DNA from: Macrostomum lignano
Lineage: Eukaryota
Direction of reading: 5' to 3'
Assembly: GCA_002269645.1 (NCBI GenBank)
Contig: NIVC01002068.1
Coordinates: forward strand, 143,342 to 207,341
DNA length: 64,000 nt
Part shown: piece by piece, positions 1-9,260 of the stretch
How the letters are laid out: each line of letters starts with the position of its first letter
Position numbering within the stretch: position 1 is the stretch's first letter
The notes under the pieces: model-generated
The model's database searches: none
What the model saw: only the letters and a program-made list of their open reading frames with translations
Told to the model about the DNA's origin: nothing
Program-made: the position numbers and the translations under genes

Positions 1-465
1 ATCAAAGACGATCAAATGCTTTCTCCCCTTTTCTAGCTCATCTGGTTGGGGTAGAAGTTTGGTCTTTGGATCAGCCTGTGGATCTCCATAGGTGAACACT
101 TTAATGTTCTGCCATTTTTCATTGTCTTTGAGGTGCTTTGAATATTCAGCAGCTACAATTTCTGGGTTACTGGGAAGGCTCATTTGGTTATTAAAACATG
201 CAATAATGTCCTCTTTGTTCAGCTTGTTTTGAAACCCTGCAATCAACATTCTATACTCATCTTGATACAGTGTGGGAGAGTAGATGTGCAGAGTGTCATA
301 GTCGATAAAGCCAGGTCTAAGAAGCATGTTAAAGACTCTGAATGTTTTACCTGAACCTGATGAACCAACAACAATGCATCTGAAGTGACTCGGAATTGAC
401 TCGTGATGAGAAAACTTAATCTGATTACGCGTCCAGTGAGGATTGAAGTCGTTTGAAAAGTCCAT
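1..465 (-). CDS. A32/FtsK-like DNA packaging ATPase (N-terminal 155 aa; truncated by window edge, absent from ORF track)
   Basis: Manual translation from ATG at 465: MDFSNDFNPHWTRNQIKFSHHESIPSHFRCIVVGSSGSGKTFRVFNMLL...ELEKGRKHLIVFD. Walker A GSSGSGKT after a hydrophobic strand; Walker B HLIVFD at the window edge. Confidence 0.9.
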   Translation of the reverse strand, partial: MDFSNDFNPHWTRNQIKFSHHESIPSHFRCIVVGSSGSGKTFRVFNMLLRPGFIDYDTLHIYSPTLYQDEYRMLIAGFQNKLNKEDIIACFNNQMSLPSNPEIVAAEYSKHLKDNEKWQNIKVFTYGDPQADPKTKLLPQPDELEKGRKHLIVFD

Positions 466-497
466 TTTTTCTATGACAAAAATTAAATAATAAGTCA

Positions 498-645
498 TTT
501 AGATGTGTCATTTCGGGACTTGAATGTGTCGTTTTGGGACTTAGATGTGTCATTTTGGGACTTGGATGTGTCATTTTGGGACTTAGATGTGTCATTTTGG
601 AACTTAAATGTGTCATTTTGGGACTTAGATGTGTCATTTCGGGAC
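498..645 (+). repeat. 21-bp tandem repeat (AGATGTGTCATTTTGGGACTT, ~7 copies) in the viral intergenic region
   Basis: Read directly; it explains the spurious repetitive ORFs 425..691 and 534..1076. Confidence 0.9.
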
Positions 646-671
646 TAGTCTTGTACCCTCGGAAAGTACCT

Positions 672-1061
672 TTAGTCAAATTTGAAACCACTTCCTTTTT
701 TAATGCTTGCTCTCATCTTCTCATAGACTGCAGGGTCCACACTGTCTGGGTTTGGGGCCAGCGGGGCCAGCGGGGCCAGTGGAGGTTGAATCTCTTGTTT
801 AGGTGTTACAGTATCCTTTATCTTTTTGGCTGCTGTGGCTACACTGCCAGCCACTTCGGCAACGTTCTTGATGTTCTCTTTGTTCTCTCCAATGACCTTA
901 AAAATCTTAGCCCCCTGAGCGATCAAATCAGCAAGGCCATTCCCAGAGCGTTCTTTTCTTGGATAGTGGCCTGCAGGGAAAAGTCCAGATCCGCGTTTAA
1001 TGAGATTAAGTTCCTCTTTGTCATAGTATTTGTCAATGTCTTTTTCGAAAATAAGAGGCAT
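672..1061 (-). CDS. Small Polinton virion core / membrane-lytic candidate protein (129 aa) with GxG motifs
   Basis: Likely start is ATG 1061 (MPLIFEK...), preceded by the same AT motif as the neighbouring viral genes, not the longer 1184 start. Contains KRGSGL, RSGNGL, KKGSGF and an amphipathic LADLIAQGAKIFKVIG helix. Confidence 0.7.
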   Translation of the reverse strand: MPLIFEKDIDKYYDKEELNLIKRGSGLFPAGHYPRKERSGNGLADLIAQGAKIFKVIGENKENIKNVAEVAGSVATAAKKIKDTVTPKQEIQPPLAPLAPLAPNPDSVDPAVYEKMRASIKKGSGFKFD

Positions 1062-1077
1062 TTTTACTTGAAATAAA

Positions 1078-2324
1078 TTATTTTTTGTTGAACCGCGAAA
1101 GCAGAAGCTCTCTCGCCCTCTTATCGATGTATTTTCTCTCAAGCATTTTGTCCAGGATGTTGACAAATTCTTTTCTATTTTCATCTTTCATTCCGGTCTT
1201 TGCCGCTCCTAGAAGAACCGCTACTCGCTTGTAGATTTCAGAAATTCCTTTTCCAGTTGAGGGCGGTTGGTCTTGGGGTTGTGGAGTTGGTTGGGCTTGT
1301 AGCTGCTGGGGAGGTGATGCAAAAGACTGCTCACTTTCAGAGATGGAACTGTCATGTGGTGCCTGTCTTTGTTGAGGTGTGAAAACTCTTTGATTGATTC
1401 TTTCATTCGATCTGGAGAGTGTTGTTCTAAGCGTTGCCAGTCTGTTGGGTTTTGTTTCTTATATTCAGCTACTTTCAAAGGGTCTAACTGCTCGAGTTGA
1501 CTGAGTACTTGTTCTTCTGTGAAATGTTGCTGCTGTTGTGGCGGTCGTTGTTGTTGTTGTGGTTGCTGTTGCTGTTGTTCTAGATATTTCATCTGATCAA
1601 TGACTTCCCCCTGATCTGGCAAACCAAACCATTGTTTAAAGTGCTTGTACTTTTTGAATTTAGTCAGGTTGACACCGCCATTGTACATGTGTTTCAGAAC
1701 TTCTGGGACCTTTAGTATTTCTATATCTCTAGCAAGAGAAAAAGTCACTAGATCTCTGTAGTTCTTTAGCTGCTTGTCCGAGATTCTCTCTTGGTTCTTG
1801 GTCATAAAAGTCAGTAAGGCGTCTGTGAAAGGAATTTTCATAGCTTCTGAGCCTTTGACAACAGAAATATTTTCCTTATTTATGTCGATATAATATTCCA
1901 CTGGTTCATTATAAATGTTTTTTCTCCACATACTTATTCCAAATACATATTTCCCATCATGTTCGACACGCTCTACTGGTCCAAAAATGTTATCTGTCAC
2001 TTTTAGTTGCTGTTGTGGTTGTGATTGTTGTGGTTGTGATTGTTGTGGTTGCGGTTGTATCTGTCGTTGCGGTTGTATCTGTGGTGCTTCTGGAATTTTT
2101 CCCAAAGCCTTTTGCACCTGGGTTTCCTGTATGTCGTCGATAGTTTCTTTGACCTGATCAATATTTTTCTTAGCTTCTCCATACCCGGGTTTATGAAACT
2201 CTGTGGCTGCTTGGACAAACTCATTGTAGGATTGTTGCTCCTTATTTATTAGCCTGGTAACTCTCTTTTCTGCCTGCGCCAGCTTTTCTAGTTCAGATAT
2301 CTGCTGTGTACTTTTTCGCTTCAT
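1078..2324 (-). CDS. Conserved Polinton-type putative core protein, Q-rich, with a -1 frame break between ~1460 and ~1300
   Basis: Central DNIFGP...FTDALLTFMTKNQERISDKQLKNYRDLVTFS resembles the Polinton DxxFG...TxGLxELxxxKxP...DLxxYxxIL motif. The -1 frame, open from ~1460 to TAA at 1078-1080, encodes STGKGISEIYKRVAVLLGAAKTGMKDENRKEFVNILDKMLERKYIDKRARELLLSRFNKK, matching the typical Polinton C-terminal GxG...ELxxRLxLL...AG...EIxxILxxL helix pair. Confidence 0.7.
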
Positions 2325-2354
2325 TTCTTATTTTATTTTATTTTTAGTTAAAAA

Positions 2355-3650
2355 ATGAACGACCCACTGACACCAGTTTTCTACAAAATTAACAAGCCTA
2401 TTTTGAGTGATGATAGCACAATCAAAGCGACTCAGGTAAGAGTTCCCAGTCAGGAAAATCAGAATGAAACTAATCTTGGTCCTGGCCAAACACTGACATT
2501 TACATACAATGGATGTTCGTCTTTGGTCAGTGTCCACAGTCTAAGGAGCGGCTTCTATATGACGTTTCAATTCAAAACTAAAGGAGGCGCAGACGCCGCT
2601 CATGCTAATGATGATCTACACAATGCGGATGTCGCACTAACCAGTAATTTCTGGGCTTATATGTTCAAAGAGTTTAATGTGTCCAATGGAAGTACAGAGT
2701 TGGAAAGAATAGCAAACTTTGGTGTGGTCTATGATACCCAGTGCTTGATTGAGAACCCGGATTTTATTCAGATGGGGAGCGGTGCTGGATTCATCCCCAA
2801 TGAACAGACAGGAGATGAGAATGACCCTGGTTACAAAAAGAGAAAGGAGAGATACAACTATGCTCTTGCTGGTGAGAACGATGCTGCTAAGAATCCGCTG
2901 TTTAGGTCTGTAGATATTTTTGTACCTTTGAGGTTTATGAGTGGTTTCTGTAATAGTTTCAATCGGTTGACAAGCAACTTTAGCTACACATTTAGACTGA
3001 CTAGAGATGATCGGAACAGAGGAATTTGGTCGGGGGCCAATCATACATCGATGGAGATTAAGCTAACTGGTGTGGAGCTGTACTTAGAAATTATTGAGCC
3101 CAAGACTGCACTCAAAGCTGAATACTTGAAGGCGATTGAGAAAGACATTGATGTTGCTTATACAGCTTATATGTGCAGAGATGAGCGGAATGACGCAAGA
3201 CACAATATTTGCATTAAAGAAGGCTCCTGTAGCAATCCAAGGTACATTATTGTCACTATGAGGAATACAACTAATGTAGGTAGATATCTACATGGAAACA
3301 TTCGATCGATTCAACATGAGATCAGTGACAATTTATACCCTGCATTGCCACAAAATGGGAATTTCTCGGAGAACAAGATTAGTAAGTTTTACAATGAACT
3401 GTCGGACTTGGCTGTCAAAGAGAATAACGGTATTGTTTTGACAACCTTGCAGTATAAAAAACTATATCCAATATTTGGTGTTGATGTGACTGCTAGACAA
3501 ATGCCTACAGACAATAGCCCTGTTAACATTGTGACTAATATCGAGCGGAAAGAATTTGGTGCCGCAACGGCTGTTGATCTGTTTATTATCTATGCATTTG
3601 AGAGGAAGATCAAGGTCAATATGATCAATAACTCGTCTAGTAAAGTTTGA
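2355..3650 (+). CDS. Major capsid protein (double jelly-roll, Polinton/adintovirus hexon-like), 431 aa
   Basis: Intact beta-rich ORF of MCP size with Polinton MCP-like motifs: IFVPLRFMSGFCNSFNRL...FRLTR, PRYIIVTMR, LYPALPQNGNFSENKISKFYNEL, YPIFGVDVT. It lies directly upstream of the penton gene. Confidence 0.88.
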   Translation: MNDPLTPVFYKINKPILSDDSTIKATQVRVPSQENQNETNLGPGQTLTFTYNGCSSLVSVHSLRSGFYMTFQFKTKGGADAAHANDDLHNADVALTSNFWAYMFKEFNVSNGSTELERIANFGVVYDTQCLIENPDFIQMGSGAGFIPNEQTGDENDPGYKKRKERYNYALAGENDAAKNPLFRSVDIFVPLRFMSGFCNSFNRLTSNFSYTFRLTRDDRNRGIWSGANHTSMEIKLTGVELYLEIIEPKTALKAEYLKAIEKDIDVAYTAYMCRDERNDARHNICIKEGSCSNPRYIIVTMRNTTNVGRYLHGNIRSIQHEISDNLYPALPQNGNFSENKISKFYNELSDLAVKENNGIVLTTLQYKKLYPIFGVDVTARQMPTDNSPVNIVTNIERKEFGAATAVDLFIIYAFERKIKVNMINNSSSKV

Positions 3651-3672
3651 ATAATTTTTTTTCAATAAAAAA

Positions 3673-4530
3673 ATGGAAGCCATAGCCGAAAGACTGAACA
3701 ACATTGTTTCACACTCTAAGGAGAGCATTCCAATCACTGTAGCGGGTCGCATTACTGAGTCAAACGGAATCTTCATTCAAAAATTGGAGCAACCACTTCG
3801 TTTGGATCCCGAGGCGAATTACCACGTCTATCTCAATGATTTCACTGGGTGGTCAAATGTTCCCAATGTGACAGCGGAAAATAACAAGTTTTATTACAAA
3901 TGGAAGCGTACTACAACAGAGGTTGTGATATTTCCTGTCAGCACACAGAGCGTGGATACTTATAATTACTTCTTGGAGAACGTCTTCACTAAACGAAAGC
4001 ATTTTGAGATACCGGATGAAAGCAAACCAGAAAATAAACTGTTCCCTGTTAGATTAACTTATGATCTAACTGTCATGAGAGTTGTCTTGCAAGTTCATAA
4101 GGACGCAGAGGTAGAGTTTAAAGATGGCACTTGGTATCGCGAGTTGGGATTTGAAAAGAGAGTTTATGGTGGCGCCACAGACCAAAGCCCGCTGCAGGCG
4201 CCTGGCACTGTTGCTGTGTCCCGGCTAATATCCGGTATGTACTTGGCGCCAAATATCGCTGACATTGTCAAAGGTTTGAATATATTAATTCGCAGCAATC
4301 TGAGCCATGATTGGATATTCAAGGGCAAACGAAGCAACATACTTTTTAAAATTTCAAACTCTGTTGCTGGTGGCAAAATGCTTGTGCAAAAGCCAAACCC
4401 CGTGAAAAGAGTGATTCTGAGTAATAGAGAGATACATGAAATCATTCTGCAGTTTGAAACAGAGGATGGCGTTGGTGTCGATTTTAACGGGGAAGAGTTT
4501 GTGCTAACAATTATTATTGAGAGAATGTGA
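3673..4530 (+). CDS. Minor capsid protein (penton, single jelly-roll), 285 aa
   Basis: Motifs LEQPLRLDPEANYHVYLNDF, NVPNVTAENNKFYY, ILIRSNL, and C-terminal IHEIILQFETEDGVGVDFNGEEFVLTIII typical of Polinton pentons; 22 bp downstream of MCP. Confidence 0.88.
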   Translation: MEAIAERLNNIVSHSKESIPITVAGRITESNGIFIQKLEQPLRLDPEANYHVYLNDFTGWSNVPNVTAENNKFYYKWKRTTTEVVIFPVSTQSVDTYNYFLENVFTKRKHFEIPDESKPENKLFPVRLTYDLTVMRVVLQVHKDAEVEFKDGTWYRELGFEKRVYGGATDQSPLQAPGTVAVSRLISGMYLAPNIADIVKGLNILIRSNLSHDWIFKGKRSNILFKISNSVAGGKMLVQKPNPVKRVILSNREIHEIILQFETEDGVGVDFNGEEFVLTIIIERM

Positions 4531-4591
4531 GTCGTCTTCAGACTTGTAAAATTACGATATAAGCCGCCAGGTACAACCGTGTAGTTGGCTA

Positions 4592-4828
4592 CTACAACTG
4601 CCTTATAACTTCAGCAAAGTTATAATAGCTGTCAAAATTGTTAATGACTACTCCGTGTTTTTCAAACCAGTGAGATTTAAGTGCTTGATTAATATTAGGG
4701 ACATTGATATCAACGTCGGGCCAATATTTTCTCATGTATTCGCTGCATTCTAGTTTGCATTGGTACTTGGATTTGTACAATGGATGAGGCTGAGTATAAT
4801 AGGAACCTGGAGAGACAACTGGAAACAT
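4592..4828 (-). CDS. Small hypothetical viral protein (78 aa)
   Basis: ORF convergent with penton, preceded by the shared TAATTT..TCAATAAAAATG motif; no recognisable domain. Confidence 0.55.
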   Translation of the reverse strand: MFPVVSPGSYYTQPHPLYKSKYQCKLECSEYMRKYWPDVDINVPNINQALKSHWFEKHGVVINNFDSYYNFAEVIRQL

Positions 4829-5028
4829 TTTTATTGAGAAATTAATTTTTTTTCAAAGGGTAAGGACCCTGCGCTGATGATTTAAAGTATTTGGGATCTG
4901 GTAGCACGTTGCGAATTGAATGTGGGCCCCATGGGGAGAAGAATGCAGATTATTTTCTGATTGTTTCGAAGATGCTATGGGTGGATGTCAGTGTCAGTGA
5001 ACATAACAGGTATCAGTGGACACCTGCT

Positions 5029-5244
5029 CTGATTCTGTCAGGGATAATATGGATGGATTTAATGGGATTATGGAGGACGTTTTGTGAGCGAGTGCGACCC
5101 CCCTTTTTTTCTGATTCTGTCGGGGATAATATGGATGGATTTAGGTGGATTATGGAGGACGTTTTGTGAACGAGTGCGACCCCCCTTTTTTTCTGATTCT
5201 GTCGGGGATAATATGGATGGATTTAGGTGGATTATGGAGGACGT
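5029..5244 (+). repeat. 82-bp direct repeats (~2.6 copies) in the subterminal / probable TIR region of the Polinton
   Basis: Units start at 5029, 5111 and 5193 (CTGATTCTGTCGGGGATAATATGGATGGATTTAGGTGGATTATGGAGGACG...). Confidence 0.9.
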
Positions 5245-5976
5245 GAAAAATTTTGTCCCAAAAGCCCCCTCATGCCTTCTACTCCCCTCAGACAAACCCC
5301 CCTCAGGCGCAATGTACATGTACAAATTAATCGATAAAATAAGAGTATCGTGCCAGAATACCATAACGTCAATACATGTACATAGATGCATGGAACTACT
5401 TTACGAGAAATAATACACAATGCATGAAATACAATTAATGAAATAAATACATACGAGGCTACAAAAACAAAGTATTCAACAGTAACGTAAGCGCAATAAT
5501 AATACGTATAGATTGTTGTTACAATGAAAGAAAGAATACAAGTGGTACGGTGTGCATGCGAGATAATCGAAATACGATACATATGCTTTCTACGAATTAC
5601 ACTGTCACACATATACTACTGGACTTTTAGACACAACATGATCAAAACAGCTTTACGGCGTATCAAGATTAGGCTTGTATTCTTTTCAACAAAACTTTGA
5701 TCGCATCTGATTGTCCTTTCGTGCAGGTTTATAATTATTGCATACATAAAAAACAGCCAAGTTTTTTACTCTTTCTTCACTTTTATGAAAAATATATTCA
5801 TAAGCGCTAGGGGCCTCATCGTGGTTCAAATCATCATGCTTGGCTTGGCCAGGCTTATTCAGTCAGCCAGGCTAAGTGGGCAGCAGCAGTGCATCGATCA
5901 ACCAAGCTCGCTCAAGGCCTCACTGTACCGCTAGACTACTGACTTAGGTAACACTGACAGCTTAACCAAAGCCGGC

Positions 5977-6141
5977 ATGCAGGAGATTATCACCATCCAC
6001 ATTGGTCAGTGCGGCGTCTGCGTCGGGCTCAAGTACTGGGAGAGCCTGGCCGACGAGCACGGCCTGGACTGTCAGGGCCAGTTTTTCGGCTCCAGCCCGT
6101 TGCAGCTTGAAAAGATCGGCGTGAACTTTGCGGAGTCGGGG
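5977..6141 (+). pseudogene. Divergent beta-like tubulin N-terminal fragment (~55 aa)
   Basis: MQEIITIHIGQCGVCVGLKYWESLADEHGLDCQGQFFGSSPLQLEKIGVNFAES aligns by eye with beta-tubulin [34 protein letters not shown]...LQLERINVYYNE. Similarity stops at ~6141 and no downstream tubulin exons were found in the window. Confidence 0.75.
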
Positions 6142-6145
6142 TCCA

Positions 6146-9100
6146 TGAGAAATGCCCGCAGACGAATTGCCTGCCGAGATTTGCCCACAGGAGATTTGCC
6201 CGTGGAGATTTGCCCGCCAAGCTTTATGTAGTCTCAGTGACAAGTACTTAAATAATAAATCAAGACACAACATCTTCCCCCTCTCTGAGAGGTTCACCAG
6301 CCGTAACGTTGCACCGGTCGCCACTGACGGTTCGAACGTCTCAGCGGTGGAGTCGCAGGTCCCGAGGCTGGTCCTAGTATTTGAACGTTGGTCTCTCCGC
6401 CGCATTGTGCAGGTTGTTGCCTTTGAATGTCCACGAGGGGGGGTCAAGCTCGTTTGGCCCTGGTGGCTCAGAATTCGGCCGCAAAGACGTTGGTACAAGC
6501 GCCTGCTGATTCCAGGTGCTGCCGTCCGTTAGTCTACACACGGTGTTCGTTCTCTTGACGATCTGTAGTGGTCCAGAAAGCCGCGTCCCCAGCTTTCCCT
6601 TTCGAACTGGACGATGCACTCGAACCCAGTCACCGGCGCACAATGTTGGTGGTCGCACCCCCGCCGCCGGTCGGTATAAGCTGCCGTTCGCTGCTGTCTC
6701 TCCTAAATTCGCTGGGCGATATCTGGTTGTGCCGCCGTGGTGTCCTTAAACGGGCCAGTAGAGACAGTGCAGTGCGCCAACGTCTTCTTAGCATCAGCTC
6801 CGCTGGACTCTTGCCAGTCAGGGCGTGCGGCGTACTGCGGTAGGTCTCAAGGAATTGCAACAGCGCGTCTTTCATTGGGACATTCTCTGCCCTGGCCGCT
6901 CGTATGCTGTCTACCAGAGTCCGGTTGAGCCTCTCCGTCTGGCCGTTCGTGCTCGGACGGTACGGGCTGGTCTTCTGATGCTGGATGCCGCGCTCCCGCA
7001 GGAACCCCGTGAGCGCATTGCCGAACTGCGGTCCGTTGTCCGTGAGCACCGTCTTGCAGAGACCCCAGCGAGCGAACAGGCTGCGTAACACTTTGCAGAT
7101 CGTCTCGGTGGTGATGTTTGACGTTGCAAATACTTCCGGCCATTTACTATGCAGATCCGTAATGACCAAAAGGAATCGTGACGATGCTGGTGCTGCCTGT
7201 AGCTCACCCACGATGTCGATGGCGATCTGTGTCCACGGCCCATCTGGCCACCGCAGAGGCTGCAGAGGAGCCGGTCGCAATTTGAAATTCTTTTCTGCGG
7301 TCTCGCAGGCACTGCAGTTTCTGACAAACGTTTCGACGTCGAAGTCCATCTTTGGCCACCAGGCAAACTCGCGGAGCTGCTGCTTAGTACGAACCACACC
7401 GGATGTCCGGCGTGCGCCGATTCCAGTAGGTTACGCCGCAGCTGATGTGAATGACTGCTCGCTCTTGGAAAGCCAGGCAATGTGCCATCCTGCCAAACGC
7501 TGAGGTGCTCTCTGACTTTGAAGAACGGGTGCAACTCTGTATCCTTCGTTGAGCCCCAGTTGCCGCTAGTCACTCGCTTAATCACCTCGCGCAGAACCGT
7601 GTCCTCGGCCGTTGCTGTCGCTAGCTGGGTAGGTGTTACTACTCGGACTCGAGGCATCGCAGTGTCCGGTAGCTGTACGATATTCATGTCCGACCCACAG
7701 CTCCACATTGACAACATGTCGGCCACGAAGTTCCGATTGCCTGGCGGATATTTACGTGGAAATCGTACTGTTGAAATCTGTCACACCAGCCATGGATGCG
7801 CAGCGGCCGATGTCCCGTGCCGCTGGGTCCCAACAGTAGTTGACGTACCGCTTGATGGTCTGTTCGCAGCTCAAAGTGACGCCCATATAGGTAGTAGTGC
7901 CACTTCTCCATGGCCCACAGACTGGCCAATGCCTCCTGCTCATTTGCAGCGTATCGCTTCTCGGTGTCGGTCAAGGCTCGGGCGGCAAAGGCGATTGGAC
8001 GCTCGACGCCGTCTTGGATCTGGGACAGGTTTGCACCGAGAGACTCCGCACTGGCGTCGCTGGTGACAATCGTCTCGGCCTCTGGGTCAAAGTGCGCCAG
8101 GATTGGTGGATTACAGATTGCTGCTTTTAGCTCTTGGAACGCTCTTTCGCAGTCCGTCGACCACTCGAACTCCGCATCCCCCTTCAGTAGGGCCCTCAGA
8201 GGCGCTGTGACTTCAGCAAATTTGGGCACAAAGCGCATCAGGTAGTTTGCAGATCCTAGGAACGCCTGCAGCTCCAATTCCGGTTAGACGGTGAGCGCAA
8301 CTGGCTGAATGCCTTGGTCTGGGACTCTGAAGGTCGCATACCGTCGGCTGAGAAGATGAGGCCAAAAAATTCTACCTCCGTCTTGCGTAGCAGGCATTTG
8401 TCCTTATTGGCCGTTAGGCCAGCGTCGTTCATACGCCCTAATAGCGCTCGCAGTCTTGAATCATGTTCAGTCATGTTTGCTCCGAAAACAAAAAAATCGT
8501 CCAGAATATGTTCGACCCCATGAAGTCCGGCTACTAAGTCGTCCAACATCCTTTGGAAGGCTGCTGGCGCTGACGCTAAGCCGAAAGGCACTCTGCAATA
8601 CCGATACAACCCCAGGTGCGTGATGAATGCTGTCAAGTCACGCGATGCCTCATCCAACTGCATGTAGCCAGCTTTGAGATCGATCTTTGAAAATACGCGG
8701 CCACTTTCTGCCTTGATCTTTGCCGAAATCTCGTCCAGCTGAGGCATCGGATGTCGATCGATTACAAGCGACTTATTCAGCTCTCGCACGTCGATGCAGA
8801 TTCGAATGTTGCGTCTTTCTTGTTTGCGACAACCATGTTGGATATCCATGGGCTGGAGTTTATTCGTTCAATGCGGTCAAGTTCTCCATGCGGTCAAGTT
8901 CATTGCCTATTTTCTGTTGCTTTGCGAGGGGAAGGCGGCGCAGCGGCTGCTGCACTGGTAGCACAGCTGCATTTACTCTCGGCTTGTGCACCGCCCCTTT
9001 GCAGAGTCCGATTAGACCACTGAAAACCGCTGGGAACTCCTCCGCTATGTCTACACTGGCGATACTATTCTCAACCTCCGGAGGCTGCAGTTGTACCCGG

Positions 9101-9260
9101 AATCCATGATGCTGGGCCTGACTGCCTGCGTCCGGTTTCCTGGACAGCTAAACCTCAGTCCGGGCAAACTGGCAAGCGCGCTGGTGCCCCTGCCCAGTGC
9201 GACCGGCTGTGCAGTCTCTACTGCGAGACCGCGACTGCCTGAGCCGCGCACCCAGCGCAT
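6146..9260 (-). mobile_element. Ty3/Gypsy LTR retrotransposon pol (partial protease/linker, RT, RNase H, integrase), multiply frameshifted and 5'-truncated, with PPT and start of 3' LTR
   Basis: EFPAVFSGLIG...PVQQPLRRLPL linker (~9080-8900); RT FSKIDLKAGY, VPFGL, HILDD (8256..8849); RNase H TSDAS, WAMEKWHYYLYGRHFELRTDH (7684..8277); integrase H-H/CSAC, IDIVG, TDNGPQF, NGQTERLNRT (6630..7397). The left boundary of the LTR remnant is uncertain; no gag or 5' LTR seen. Confidence 0.92.
6273..6287 (-). promoter_or_regulatory. Polypurine tract of the Gypsy element immediately preceding the LTR start (TGTTGTG at 6272)
   Basis: Minus strand reads CAGAGAGGGGGAAGA followed by TGTTGTG, about 90 bp after the integrase C-terminal stop. 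Confidence 0.75.

Larger units (their letters stand above)
1..5620. mobile_element. Endogenous Polinton/Maverick (adintovirus-like) element, one end with the virion morphogenesis module; continues beyond the left window edge
   Basis: Compact, intronless, AT-richer cluster encoding packaging ATPase, major and minor capsid proteins and putative core proteins. It is followed by a non-coding subterminal region with 82-bp repeats that ends in ATACTACT at 5613-5620 (Polintons typically end 5'-AG...CT-3', often AGTAGT/ACTACT). pPolB, integrase and protease are not in the window. Confidence 0.88.

Noticed and set aside
1062-1184. 41-aa N-terminal extension of ORF 672..1184
   Set aside because: It overlaps the -1-frame C-terminus of the upstream core gene, and the shared upstream motif sits at ATG 1061.
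1-5620. Bacteriophage or prokaryotic contamination
   Set aside because: No Shine-Dalgarno pattern, the gene set is Polinton-type, and the sequence is contiguous with intron-containing animal genes (a chimeric join remains formally possible).
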